Shown here in pieces: positions 1-9,916 of a DNA stretch of 64,000 bases (position 1 is the first letter of the stretch; each line of letters begins with the position of its first letter). Source of the DNA: Candidatus Hydrogenedentota bacterium (GTDB lineage Bacteria > Hydrogenedentota > Hydrogenedentia > Hydrogenedentales > SLHB01); assembly GCA_045863335.1 (NCBI GenBank), contig BTVY01000025.1:947-64946 (forward strand), written 5' to 3'. The notes under the pieces are model-generated. The model searched no databases and was not told the origin of the DNA. It saw nothing but the letters and a program-made list of their open reading frames with translations. Made by a program: the position numbers and the translations under genes.

Positions 1-515
1 TAGTGGAGCGCGAGGCGCACCTGATCTACAACGTGGCCGTGTTGCTCGACCGCGAGGGCGTGCTTGTGGGGAAATATCGCAAGGTCACCTTGCCGCGCAC
101 CGAAATCGACATGGGCATCACGCCGGGCTACGAGTATCCGGTGTTCGATACAGAGTTCGGCAAGGTCGGCATGATGATTTGTTACGACGGATTCTTCCCG
201 GAAGTGGCGCGGGAGTTGAGCAACCGCGGCGCGGAGGTGATTGCCTTTCCGGTGGCGGGGTGCAATCCGCTGCTGGCGAAAGCGCGGGCCTGCGAGAACC
301 ATGTGTTCATCGTGAGCAGCACGTACACCGGCGTGGATTCGAACTGGATGGTCACGGGGGTGTTCGACCGAGAAGGGCAGGTCATCGCGCAGGCGAAGGA
401 ATGGGGCACGGTGGCCGTGGCCAAAGTGGACCTCGACAAACACCTGTACTGGTCGAGCTTGGGCGATTTCCGTGCGGAGTTGCCGCACAACCGGCCGCTT
501 CCGCCGGGCAAGTAA
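1..515 (+). CDS. carbon-nitrogen hydrolase (nitrilase superfamily) C-terminal fragment; 5' end lies outside the window
   Basis: ORF 3..515 is in frame from the window edge. The motif [13 protein letters not shown] matches the nitrilase-superfamily catalytic Cys region (ICYD..FPE). The reading frame ends at TAA 513-515. Confidence 0.7.
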   Translation, partial: VEREAHLIYNVAVLLDREGVLVGKYRKVTLPRTEIDMGITPGYEYPVFDTEFGKVGMMICYDGFFPEVARELSNRGAEVIAFPVAGCNPLLAKARACENHVFIVSSTYTGVDSNWMVTGVFDREGQVIAQAKEWGTVAVAKVDLDKHLYWSSLGDFRAELPHNRPLPPGK

Positions 516-746
516 TTGGCATCAGGGAACTTGGAAGCATCATGGGGTGCAAGTTGGCCTATTCGAAAGATTGGCTCCGTCGCGCTCTTAGTAAATAATT
601 GACTAAATAATTGTTTTATGTTAACCTCGAAACGAACTCGAAAATAAGCGAGGATTTGTCCCGCAAAGCCCTCAAAATACCATGTAAGTGCGTTAGAAGC
701 GCGAATGAGGTGTCGTTCTATTAACCATACGATAGGGTGCGTCATC

Positions 747-1781
747 ATGAAAAGAGCAAGGGGTTTCACGTTAATCGAGTTGCTGGTGGTCATCGCGATC
801 ATTGGCATCCTGGCGGCAATATTGCTCCCGGCTCTGGCCCGGGCGCGGGAGGCCGCACGGAGAGCGAGTTGCCAGAACAACCTGAAGCAGATCGGTCTCG
901 TGTGCAAGATGTACACCAACGAATCGCGCGGCGGATTGTTCCCGCCGCAGAAATTGATGGCATGCGAGCCGGGAGGTGACGTCCGAAACACGATCGAGCC
1001 TGAGTTTATGATTGACGGGATTGAGGTCTATCCGGAGTACTTGACGGACATGGCCGTAATGATCTGCCCATCGTCTTCCGGCGCTGGTCCAGTCGAGGAA
1101 TCGTTTGACGCTGCCGATAACCTGGCGGCTGTGGTGGTCAGCAACGCGTACACCGACAAATTTGATACGCCCATCACGGCACCGACTTCAGGGGTGCCGA
1201 ATACGGACTTGTATGCGTGCGAGTTGGACACGTCGGCGAGTGCCTATATCTACCTGGCATGGATGACAACCCTTGTGGGCGTTACGGACGGTCCCCAAGT
1301 CGATTTTACCGGCGTGACGGACATGTTGAGCGCTGCGACGGCGATGTATTTGGGCGGATGGGGCGATGTCGTGCTGTTGATGGGGGGATTGCGAAACGTA
1401 ATGGCCGACGCCAGTATCGCTCCGGGCGCGGAGCCGGGAGATGACCCCGGCGCCCGAAACGGGGATTTCACGGTACCCAACACTGGGATTCCATTCCCCA
1501 CGTCGTCCGGCGACGATCTGGAAGGCTTGAGACTTCGAGAAGGGATCGAGCGCTATCTGATCACCGATATCAACAATCCCGCCGGGTCTGCCCGGGCTCA
1601 GAGCGAGATCTGGGTGGCATCGGATGCGATCGACCTATACCCGGATGAGTTCAACCACGTTCCGGGCGGCGCGAACGTGCTGTATATGGACGGACACGTG
1701 GAGTTCATCCGATACCCGGGTGAGTGGCCGGTCCACAGCGTATTCGCCGCGCTGAATTACCAGGTGTGGTTCGGTGGCTAA
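747..1781 (+). CDS. DUF1559 family protein with N-terminal prepilin-type cleavage/methylation signal (type II secretion pseudopilin-like)
   Basis: Translation [39 protein letters not shown] is a classic G/F prepilin signal. The C-terminal [11 protein letters not shown] is typical of the Planctomycete DUF1559 (H-X9-DG) family. I take the ATG at 747 rather than the ORF-track start at 705. Confidence 0.8.
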   Translation: MKRARGFTLIELLVVIAIIGILAAILLPALARAREAARRASCQNNLKQIGLVCKMYTNESRGGLFPPQKLMACEPGGDVRNTIEPEFMIDGIEVYPEYLTDMAVMICPSSSGAGPVEESFDAADNLAAVVVSNAYTDKFDTPITAPTSGVPNTDLYACELDTSASAYIYLAWMTTLVGVTDGPQVDFTGVTDMLSAATAMYLGGWGDVVLLMGGLRNVMADASIAPGAEPGDDPGARNGDFTVPNTGIPFPTSSGDDLEGLRLREGIERYLITDINNPAGSARAQSEIWVASDAIDLYPDEFNHVPGGANVLYMDGHVEFIRYPGEWPVHSVFAALNYQVWFGG

Positions 1782-1896
1782 GGACCTGTCGCTATGCGAG
1801 TACATACGTTATCGCAGATTGCCGGGGACGACCGAAGGGTCGTCCCCGTTTTATGCATACTCGCGATGCGCCGCGAGTCTTGCTCTCGCGGCCACT

Positions 1897-3576
1897 TCAG
1901 TGCTTGACGAGTTTGCGGTACCGGCTACGGCGGTTTTCGAAGAGCTTGGAACCGAACTCCTTCACGCGCCATGCCTCGTATTCCTGGAAGTTGCCGTTGA
2001 ACCAACGGACGTTCCCTTCGCCTTCGAAGACAAGCAGGTGCGTGCAGATCCGGTCCAGGAAGAAGCGGTCGTGGCTGGTGACCAGAACGCAGCCGCGGAA
2101 ATTGAGGATCGCCTCTTCGAGCAGACGGAGCGTGTTTACGTCGAGGTCGTTCGTGGGCTCGTCGAGGAGGAGGACGTTTCCGCCTTCTTTCAATAGTTTC
2201 GCAAGATGGCAGCGGTTCCGCTCGCCGCCGGAGAGATTGCCGACGTTCTTCTGCTGATCCTGGCCTTTGAATCCAAAGGTGGCGAGGTACTTGCGGATGG
2301 GTATCCGCTGTTTGCCGAGTTCCACTTCTTCCTTGCCGTCCCCCACTTCTTCCACGAGACTGCGATCGGCCTGCAACTCTTCGCGATCCTGATCGACATA
2401 TGCGAAGGACACGGTTGATCCGATGACCACTTCGCCGGCATCCGGCGTTTCGCGGCCGACGATCATGCGCATCATGGTGGTCTTGCCGGTTCCGTTGGGG
2501 CCGACGATGCCGACGATGGCGGCTTTGGGAATGATGAAGCTGACGTCGTTGAAGAGGGGGACGCCGCCGAACTGCTTGCTGACACCTTTGAACTCGATCA
2601 CCTGGTCGCCGAGTTCGGGGCCGGGCGCGATCTGAATGACCGCGCCGTCCTGTTTGCTGGCGGCCGTCTCGCGGGCGACGAGTTGTTCGTAATGGGCAAG
2701 GCGGGTTTGCGCGAGTTCGTGGCGGTCCTTGTTGCTCATGCGAATCCAGGAGAGTTCATGTTCCAGCGCCCGGCCGCGGGGCGAGTCTTTCTTTTCCTCC
2801 GACGCGAGCTTGGTCAGTTTCTGCTCGAGCCAGGTCGAGTAGTTGCCCTCCCAGGGGACGCCATGGCCACCGTCGAGTTCGAGGATCCACTTCGTGACGT
2901 TATCGAGGAAATAGCGGTCGTGGGTCACGATGATGACGGTGCCGGGGTAGTCTTTGAGCTGTTCCTCGAGCCAGTCGACGGTTTCGGCGTCGAGATGGTT
3001 GGTGGGCTCGTCGAGGAGAAGCAGGTCCGGCCGTTCGAGCAGGGCTTTGCACAGGGCGACGCGACGCTTCTCGCCGCCGCTGAGGGTCTTGATGATGCGG
3101 TCGTCGTCGGGCAGGCAGAGGGCCTCGCTGGCCTGGTTCAAGCGGGTGTCGAGATTCCACGCGTCGGCGGCGTCGAGCTTGTCCTGCAGGACGCCCATGC
3201 GGTCGATGGCGGCCTGCATGTCGTCGTCGGACATGGGCTCGGACATGCTGGCGGTGATGGCTTCGTACTCTTTCATCAGCGCCATGGTTTCGGAGAAGGC
3301 GGATTCGAGGACCTGGCGGACGGTGGCTTCGAGGTCGAGGTGCGGCTCCTGGGCGACCATCTTGGCCTCGTAGCCTTTGGAGATGTCGGCCTTGCCGTTG
3401 AAGTCGTGGTCCTGGCCGGCCATGATGCGGAGCACGGTGGACTTGCCCGCACCGTTCTCGCCGACGATGCCGATCTTGGCGCCGGGGAAGAAGCATAGGT
3501 TGATGTCCTTGAGGACGTGCTTCTGGCCGAAGTGCTTGTTCAGGCCGAGCATGGTGAAGATGTACTGTTCCGCCAT
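1897..3576 (-). CDS. ettA: energy-dependent translational throttle ABC-F ATPase EttA
   Basis: The 559-aa product has two ABC cassettes. The N-terminus MAEQYIFTMLGLNKHFGQKHVLKDINLCFFPGAKIGIVGENGAGKST aligns over its length with the E. coli EttA pattern. A GAGGAG ribosome-binding site sits 9 nt upstream on the minus strand. Confidence 0.9.
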   Translation of the reverse strand: MAEQYIFTMLGLNKHFGQKHVLKDINLCFFPGAKIGIVGENGAGKSTVLRIMAGQDHDFNGKADISKGYEAKMVAQEPHLDLEATVRQVLESAFSETMALMKEYEAITASMSEPMSDDDMQAAIDRMGVLQDKLDAADAWNLDTRLNQASEALCLPDDDRIIKTLSGGEKRRVALCKALLERPDLLLLDEPTNHLDAETVDWLEEQLKDYPGTVIIVTHDRYFLDNVTKWILELDGGHGVPWEGNYSTWLEQKLTKLASEEKKDSPRGRALEHELSWIRMSNKDRHELAQTRLAHYEQLVARETAASKQDGAVIQIAPGPELGDQVIEFKGVSKQFGGVPLFNDVSFIIPKAAIVGIVGPNGTGKTTMMRMIVGRETPDAGEVVIGSTVSFAYVDQDREELQADRSLVEEVGDGKEEVELGKQRIPIRKYLATFGFKGQDQQKNVGNLSGGERNRCHLAKLLKEGGNVLLLDEPTNDLDVNTLRLLEEAILNFRGCVLVTSHDRFFLDRICTHLLVFEGEGNVRWFNGNFQEYEAWRVKEFGSKLFENRRSRYRKLVKH

Positions 3577-3870
3577 GGGTCTCCTCTTTTACGGAATGCA
3601 CCGGTACCGGTGGCTTGGATCGTGGATATCGTTAGACCGTCCGTGATGGACGCAAGACTTATTTTACACACAGAAACATCGAGAGAAAAGGACGTCGGGC
3701 AGTCGGGGCTGGATGAGCATGGATCGGGCATTCAGCCCTTGTGTTTCCGGTATCACAGTTTCCTGGGGCGTTGCCCCAGGCTGGTATGGGGCGCGCCGTT
3801 GGCGCTTAAGAGCATTTCTCACGTGGTGGTCGCGTTTAGAAGAAAGCGGAACGTCTGCGCTACGTACCGA

Positions 3871-4167
3871 TCAATTCCGGGAGCGCTGGTAGTATTTGCC
3901 TTCGTGGAAGGACGGGAAGTAAATGGGAATGAGGGGGTGGTCGATCTTCTCGCCGCTGGGGTCGGGTTCGAGGTTCTCTTCGGCGACGTAGTGTTCCCAG
4001 CCGCGGTGACGGAGGACGTGGTACCAGGGTTGGTCGCGGCGCGGTTGGGTCTGGTTACGTTCGTACCATTCGTCGGGCGCTTCGCATTGGTCGTCGATAC
4101 CGATGATCACGCCGCGGTAGCCGTAGCGGCGGTGGTGGATGACGTCGCCGATTTCGAACTTGGCCAT
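3871..4167 (-). CDS. hspQ: HspQ/YccV-like hemimethylated-DNA-binding domain protein
   Basis: MAKFEIGDVIHHRRYGYRGVIIGID...PWYHVL... matches the HspQ/YccV-like domain pattern (FxIGQxVxHxxxGYxGVV...PWYHV). Size is 98 aa. Confidence 0.65.
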   Translation of the reverse strand: MAKFEIGDVIHHRRYGYRGVIIGIDDQCEAPDEWYERNQTQPRRDQPWYHVLRHRGWEHYVAEENLEPDPSGEKIDHPLIPIYFPSFHEGKYYQRSRN

Positions 4168-4343
4168 AAGGGGGATACCTTGCTTTCGGTCAGTATAGGC
4201 CGATCGGGGCGAAGGGGCAATCGGGGCGCGAGAGGAAATCAGGGATTAAATGTCCAGCGCGATTGCGGGAAGCGCCAAATTCGAAACTCGAAGCACGAAA
4301 TCCGAAACAAATCCGAATGTTCAAAATTCGAAAGGAGTCTCCT

Positions 4344-4429
4344 GTGGCTTGAGCGTCCTCGCCCAAGATGGCCGGCCGAATAGTCTGCCGCCAATTCCCA
4401 AGGTCCTTGGGCGAGGACGCCCAAGCCAC
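4344..4429 (+). promoter_or_regulatory. 24-bp-stem hairpin (1 mismatch, 38-nt loop) in the divergent hspQ / GH20 intergenic region
   Basis: GTGGCTTGAGCGTCCTCGCCCAAG pairs with CTTGGGCGAGGACGCCCAAGCCAC. It lies about 130 nt upstream of the GH20 start. It is preceded by a lower-GC stretch with six YCGAAR motifs (4277-4335). Confidence 0.5.
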
Positions 4430-4559
4430 GGAACCCGTAACGAAGCGAGCTGCGAAGGAGAGCGAACGAAAAACGTTTCGAAGGGAATGGAAGGGCCTTG
4501 CGCCTTGCGGTAAAGTGGTGTGGCACTTGGGCAAACTTGCGGGAGTTCGATCGATTATC

Positions 4560-6557
4560 ATGAAAACGAAGCGAGTCATGGTGTTATTGGGGGCGGTGCT
4601 GCCGCTGGTCGTTTCCGCGGGTTGTGTCTCGCAGACAGGGACAGCCACGCCGGGGCAGCCGCCGGTTGCTAAGAAGGAGTCTGAACCCGTGGCGAGGAGT
4701 CTTCCGGTATACGAGGAGTGGCCATTGTTGCCGCAGCCGCGGGAGATGTCGGTGACGGGGTCGATTGAGGGTATTATTCCGGCTAAGCAGCTGCATACGG
4801 ATGCGATGCCGGCTTTGATTCAGGCGGCATTGCAGGATGCGCAGGCTACCTTACCCGCGCACACTCCGGACATGCTCAGCAATGTGGAGCAACTCTTCTC
4901 ACCGGAGGCACGCATCGATCCCGAAGCCATGTCACATCCTCAGGGCTACGACATTCGGATTGTGAGCGCAGATCCACGTGGTTGGCAGGCGACAATACAC
5001 GTCGTGGCCCACGACGAGGCGGGCCTCTTCTATGCGGCGCAGACCTTGAAGCAATTAGGGAAGCTTGCGTCGGAGCGGGGCGTGGTGCCGGTGTGTCGTA
5101 TCACGGACTGGCCGGACTTTCCGAATCGCGGGGTGATGATCGATATTGCCCGGGACAAGGTGCCCGAGATGGAGACGCTGTACGAACTGGTGGACCTGTT
5201 CGCGTCGTGGAAGTACAACCAGCTGCAGATGTACACGGAGCACACGTTTGCGTACAAGGGACATCACGTGGTGTGGGAAGACGCGTCGCCCATGACGCCG
5301 GCGCAGATTCAAGATCTCGACCGGTACTGCCGCGAACGGTACGTCCAGCTCATCCCGAACCAGAATTCCTTCGGCCACATGAACCGGTGGTTGTCGCATC
5401 CGGAGTATGCCGATCTTGCGGAAACACCGGGCGGGTCAGACCTCTGCCCCATCGATCCGCGTTCCTTTGAACTGTTGCGCAGCATGTACACCTTCATGTT
5501 ACCCAATTTCACGAGCGAGTATGCGAACGTGGGCTGCGACGAGACGTGGAGCCTGGGCAAGGGCCGCAGCAAGGAAGCCGTCGCGGAACGGGGCGTAGGC
5601 CGGGTCTATCTCGAATTCCTGATGAAAATCTACGGGTTGCTCAACGAGAACGGGAAGACGATGCAGTTCTGGGCGGATATCATCAACAACCATCCCGATC
5701 TGATTCCGGAATTGCCGAAGGATGTGGTGGCGATGGAATGGGGCTACGAAGCGAATCATCCTTACGCGGAACACACGAAACGATTCCACGACAACGGCGT
5801 GCGATTCTACGTGGTGCCGGGGACGTCGTCGTGGAACTCGCTGCTGGGGCGGACGGACAATGCCCTGGGCAACCTGCGCAATGCGGCGGAGAATGGAATC
5901 CAGAACGGCGGCGAGGGATTTCTTGTGACCGATTGGGGCGATGGCGGGCACTGGCAGTTTCTTCCGGTGTCGTATTTGCCCTTCCTGTACGGCGCGGCGG
6001 TGAGCTGGTGCTATGACACCAATCGGGACTGCGATGTCGCGGCCATGACGGATCGCTATGCGTTTATGGACGCGGCGGGCATCATGGGCCAGGTGGCATA
6101 CGACTTGGGCAACGCGCACCAGCAGACGGGTCTCGAGTTTGGCAACAGCACGATGTACTACATGGTGCTCAGCCGCTTTCGGGATCGGCCGCTGACGGTG
6201 AATGATTTTGGCGTATTGGACGCCGCCAAGTTTGACGCGACGGTACAGACGATAGACGCGATTCTCGCGCGCATGGACAGCGCGGATATGCAGGGGCCGG
6301 ACGCGGAGCTGATCAAAGCGGAGTTCCGGATGAATGCCGCGCTCGCCAAGTTTTCATGCCGGCTGGGCGCGGCGCGGGTGCGGGCGGGCGGCGTGCCCAC
6401 GGCGGAGTTGCCGAAGGACGTGCGCGCTACGCTCGCAGCGGAGCTGGAACCGCTGATTCCCGAGTACCGGCAGTTATGGCTGGCGCGGAACCGGTCGGGC
6501 GGGTTGAAGGACAGCGCCGGGCGGTTCGAGGAACTGTTGACCATGCTGAAGCAGTAA
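4560..6557 (+). CDS. glycoside hydrolase family 20-like beta-N-acetylhexosaminidase (lipoprotein)
   Basis: N-terminus MKTKRVMVLLGAVLPLVVSAGC is a lipoprotein signal. Core RGVMIDIARDKVP...NQLQMYTEH...NVGCDETW resembles the GH20 catalytic block (RGxMxDxxR / HxGGDE with a D-E pair), preceded by a GH20b-like GLFYAAQTLKQL region. I take the ATG at 4560, not the ORF-track start at 4368. Confidence 0.6.
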   Translation: MKTKRVMVLLGAVLPLVVSAGCVSQTGTATPGQPPVAKKESEPVARSLPVYEEWPLLPQPREMSVTGSIEGIIPAKQLHTDAMPALIQAALQDAQATLPAHTPDMLSNVEQLFSPEARIDPEAMSHPQGYDIRIVSADPRGWQATIHVVAHDEAGLFYAAQTLKQLGKLASERGVVPVCRITDWPDFPNRGVMIDIARDKVPEMETLYELVDLFASWKYNQLQMYTEHTFAYKGHHVVWEDASPMTPAQIQDLDRYCRERYVQLIPNQNSFGHMNRWLSHPEYADLAETPGGSDLCPIDPRSFELLRSMYTFMLPNFTSEYANVGCDETWSLGKGRSKEAVAERGVGRVYLEFLMKIYGLLNENGKTMQFWADIINNHPDLIPELPKDVVAMEWGYEANHPYAEHTKRFHDNGVRFYVVPGTSSWNSLLGRTDNALGNLRNAAENGIQNGGEGFLVTDWGDGGHWQFLPVSYLPFLYGAAVSWCYDTNRDCDVAAMTDRYAFMDAAGIMGQVAYDLGNAHQQTGLEFGNSTMYYMVLSRFRDRPLTVNDFGVLDAAKFDATVQTIDAILARMDSADMQGPDAELIKAEFRMNAALAKFSCRLGAARVRAGGVPTAELPKDVRATLAAELEPLIPEYRQLWLARNRSGGLKDSAGRFEELLTMLKQ

Positions 6558-6573
6558 GGAAACGAGGTACGCA

Positions 6574-8382
6574 GTGAACACCTTTTCCCAATGGCTACGG
6601 AATGTGAATTGCTTCGTTGTTGGCGCGATGGGATTGTGCGTTGCGGTGTCCGCGACGGACTACTACGTGGCGACGACCGGGTCGGACGAGGCGACGGGCT
6701 CACAAGATGCGCCGTTCCGCACGGTCCAGCGCGCAGCCGCAGCCATGCAGGCCGGTGACACGTGCATCGTGCGCGAAGGCGTATACCGGGAGACGGTTCG
6801 CCCCGCGAATTCGGGCAGTGCAGACCAGCCTATTACCTTTCGCGCGGCGGAAGGGGAGTCTGTGGTCGTGAGCGGGGCCGAGCCCATCGAAGGTCGGTCG
6901 GCGCAGGACGGCCGTTGGACAGCGCAGGCGGACTTTGATTTCGAGCAGCTCTTCGTCGACGGTGTCATGATGCCGCCGGCGCGATGGCCGAGTATGGACG
7001 CCGGTGCGATCTGGCCTACCTTTGCGGAGGCGGACGACGGCAGCGACGCGACCGGTATCGTGGACGCGGATTTGCCCGAGGTCGACCTGGCGGGTGCGCG
7101 CATCCACGTATTGCCCGGAAGGCGGTGGGTGTCGTGGATGCGGCCGGTTGACGGCATGGAGTCGCGCGACACGGCGCGCAAGGTGTTGTTCGAGGGGTCC
7201 TGGAGCCAGGAACCCGCGTATCGCATCGAGAAGGGCACGCAGTATTACCTCTTCGGAGCGCCGTCGCTACTGGATGCGCCGGGTGAATGGTGCGTGGATG
7301 GGACGACGGTGACACTGATTCCGCCGGCGGATGCTGCGCCGGACGGCCTACGGATTGAGGCCAGGAAGCGGGAGTTCGCTTTCGATCTCCGCGAGCGAAG
7401 CCACATCGTCGTTGAAGGGATTCGGATCTTCGCGGCGACAATTCACTTGGGCGATGCGCAAGGGTGCACGATTGAGAACTGCCATCTGCGGTATCCCTCC
7501 CACTTCACGAATCCGGATGGCTGGACGATTCCCGACAGCGGCATCGTTGTGAGTGGGAAGGACAATATCATTCGGTCATGTTCCGTCCAGTACAGCGCGG
7601 GTAACGGCATTACGTTGGACGGTGAGAACAACACGGTGACAAATTGTCTCGTGCGCTACGTCGATTATATGGCGACGGATTGCGGCGCGATTTTCGCGCG
7701 GGGCCGGGGCAACATCATCGAGCGGAATACCCTTTGCGAGACGGGACGCAGCGTGTTATTGCACCGGGCACTGAAGGCGGGCCGCATCGAGTACAACGAC
7801 ATCTTTCATGCGGGAATCCTGACGACGGATTTGGGGAGCACGTACTGCTTCCAGACGGACGGCGAAGGGACGGTTATCGCGTACAACTGGGTGCACGACA
7901 ACCTCGCCGATCATGTAGGCGTTGGCATCTACATCGATAACGGCTCCAAGAATTTCCTAATCCATCACAACGTGTCGTGGAACAATCCGGACAGCGGCAT
8001 CCGGCTCAACACGCCGTCGCACGACAATCTCGTGTACAACAACACGGTCCTAGACAATGGCAACAGCCTGAGCTACTGGGGTCCCGATGGCGAAGACCGG
8101 CAGCCGGGCTGCCGCGCAATGAATAACATCTTCACGAACAAGGTGGAACCCGGCGATGGGATTGAGATGAGCCACAACTTTGAGGGTGGCGATCCTGGCA
8201 TGGAGTCAATTGACGAACACGACTTTTGGTTGGCCGAAGGATCTCCCTGTATCGACGCCGGAACTCGAATCGAGGGAATTACGGACGGGTACATCGGTCT
8301 AGCGCCAGATATCGGCGCCTATGAGTTCGGCGGAACTCCCTGGAAACCCGGTCACGACTGGGGAGAGCCGCCGGAGTTTTGA
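6574..8382 (+). CDS. secreted right-handed parallel beta-helix (pectate-lyase fold) repeat protein
   Basis: GTG start with an AGGA/GAGG ribosome-binding site. It has a signal peptide and the motif DYYVATTGSDEATGSQDAPFRTVQRA..AGDTCIVREGVYRE typical of pectate-lyase-fold proteins. Repeated NxxxxNN/GNGI beta-helix rungs follow. Confidence 0.6.
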   Translation: MNTFSQWLRNVNCFVVGAMGLCVAVSATDYYVATTGSDEATGSQDAPFRTVQRAAAAMQAGDTCIVREGVYRETVRPANSGSADQPITFRAAEGESVVVSGAEPIEGRSAQDGRWTAQADFDFEQLFVDGVMMPPARWPSMDAGAIWPTFAEADDGSDATGIVDADLPEVDLAGARIHVLPGRRWVSWMRPVDGMESRDTARKVLFEGSWSQEPAYRIEKGTQYYLFGAPSLLDAPGEWCVDGTTVTLIPPADAAPDGLRIEARKREFAFDLRERSHIVVEGIRIFAATIHLGDAQGCTIENCHLRYPSHFTNPDGWTIPDSGIVVSGKDNIIRSCSVQYSAGNGITLDGENNTVTNCLVRYVDYMATDCGAIFARGRGNIIERNTLCETGRSVLLHRALKAGRIEYNDIFHAGILTTDLGSTYCFQTDGEGTVIAYNWVHDNLADHVGVGIYIDNGSKNFLIHHNVSWNNPDSGIRLNTPSHDNLVYNNTVLDNGNSLSYWGPDGEDRQPGCRAMNNIFTNKVEPGDGIEMSHNFEGGDPGMESIDEHDFWLAEGSPCIDAGTRIEGITDGYIGLAPDIGAYEFGGTPWKPGHDWGEPPEF

Positions 8383-8420
8383 CGGAGCGCTGTGAAGGAT
8401 TTGCGGGAAAGGATGGAGCC

Positions 8421-9815
8421 ATGAAGGAATCGGGTCGAATCACTCGAACGCAGTTCCTCGCGGTCTGCGGGCTGGCGGTGGCGGGCGCGGCGGCGGCTCA
8501 GAAACCGCGGCGGGCGCAACGGCGGCCGAATTTCCTGGTGATCGTCAGCGACGATCACGCCTTCCGCGCCATCGGGTATAACAATCCGATCGTGAAGACG
8601 CCAAACATGGACCGGCTCGCGGGCGGTGGCATCATCTTCGACCGGGCCTATATTGCGACGCCCATCTGTGCGGCGAGCCGGGCGAGCATGTTGACGGGGT
8701 TGTTCCCGCAACAGCATGGCTCAGTAGGACTGGACGGCGCGGGGTTTCACCGCAACGTGGTGGAAGAACGGAACTACCCGACGCTGGCGCATATGCTGGG
8801 CGAAGCGGGGTACGACACGGCGTTTTTCGGCAAGTCGCATTTGGGACCGCCCACGGACTACGGCTTCGCCTTCGGCGAGGAACAGCCAGATCGGCAGGAC
8901 AACACGATTTTCGCGAGTGCCACAGAGTTTGTCCAGAGCCGGAAGGAGAACGACACGCCGTACCTGATGTGGGTGGCGACGCATCAGCCGCACATTCCCG
9001 TGGAGCCGGGTGAGGAATGGCTCGACCTGTACAAGGACGCGGATATCCAGGTCGATCCGAACTTTTTGGAGTCGCCGCCGGAACGGAGCGAGTTCAACCA
9101 AGGTCTTCCGGGCGAGCATTATTACCGCGAGTCTCGCGACGATCCGGACTACACCGGGCTGCGCTCGGGTCCCCCCCGCACGAAGGAGCAGACCATCGAA
9201 TTCATGCGGTATTACTACGCCGTCATCTCGCGGTTGGATCATCAGATCGGCGCGTTAATAGACACGCTCAAAGCGGCGGGGCAGTACGAGAACACAGTCA
9301 TCGTGTACATCGGCGACAACGGGTACCATCTCGGCAATCATGGGCTCGGCAACAAGATCACCATGCACGAGGAGTCCGCGCGCGTGCCCATGTTCCTCCA
9401 TTGGAGCGGACTGCGCAAGACGGGCGTGCGCAGCGAATCGCTCGTATCGAGTCTGGACATCTACCCCACCCTGCTCGACCTCGCAGGCCTCGATACGCCG
9501 GATCGTTTGATGGGCACTTCGCTCGCGCCGCGCTTCAAGAATCCGGAACAACGCCTCCGCGACTACGTCGCGAGCGAATGCGTCGGCGTCGGCGGCAAAC
9601 CCGGCGAGGGGCACCGCATGGTCTCCACCGGCGAATGGAAATACATCCTCACCGACACCAACGAGGAAGTGCTCTATCATCTCACGGAAGACCCTTACGA
9701 GATGAACGACGTGTCGGGTTCGGAAGGGAACGGAGCGATACTCGACAAGCTCCGCGGCTACATGCGGGAATGGATGGACAAGGTCGGCGATACGCACGCG
9801 GCGCCGTCTGGCTGA
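8421..9815 (+). CDS. sulfatase (arylsulfatase family, formylglycine-dependent)
   Basis: PNFLVIVSDDHAFRAIGY...ATPICAASRASMLTGLFPQQHG contains the C-x-A-x-R formylglycine motif. The leader has a TAT-like/signal region RTQFLAVCGLAVAGAAAA. Ribosome-binding site GGATGGAG before the ATG at 8421. Confidence 0.85.
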   Translation: MKESGRITRTQFLAVCGLAVAGAAAAQKPRRAQRRPNFLVIVSDDHAFRAIGYNNPIVKTPNMDRLAGGGIIFDRAYIATPICAASRASMLTGLFPQQHGSVGLDGAGFHRNVVEERNYPTLAHMLGEAGYDTAFFGKSHLGPPTDYGFAFGEEQPDRQDNTIFASATEFVQSRKENDTPYLMWVATHQPHIPVEPGEEWLDLYKDADIQVDPNFLESPPERSEFNQGLPGEHYYRESRDDPDYTGLRSGPPRTKEQTIEFMRYYYAVISRLDHQIGALIDTLKAAGQYENTVIVYIGDNGYHLGNHGLGNKITMHEESARVPMFLHWSGLRKTGVRSESLVSSLDIYPTLLDLAGLDTPDRLMGTSLAPRFKNPEQRLRDYVASECVGVGGKPGEGHRMVSTGEWKYILTDTNEEVLYHLTEDPYEMNDVSGSEGNGAILDKLRGYMREWMDKVGDTHAAPSG

Positions 9816-9916
9816 CTATGAAACTAACGACCAGTCATCGCGATCTTGGCGCCAATTTGACAAGTCGGCGGTGGCACAGAAACTGCCACATCGCGGCGTA
9901 GCTGCCATGCGGGCAA

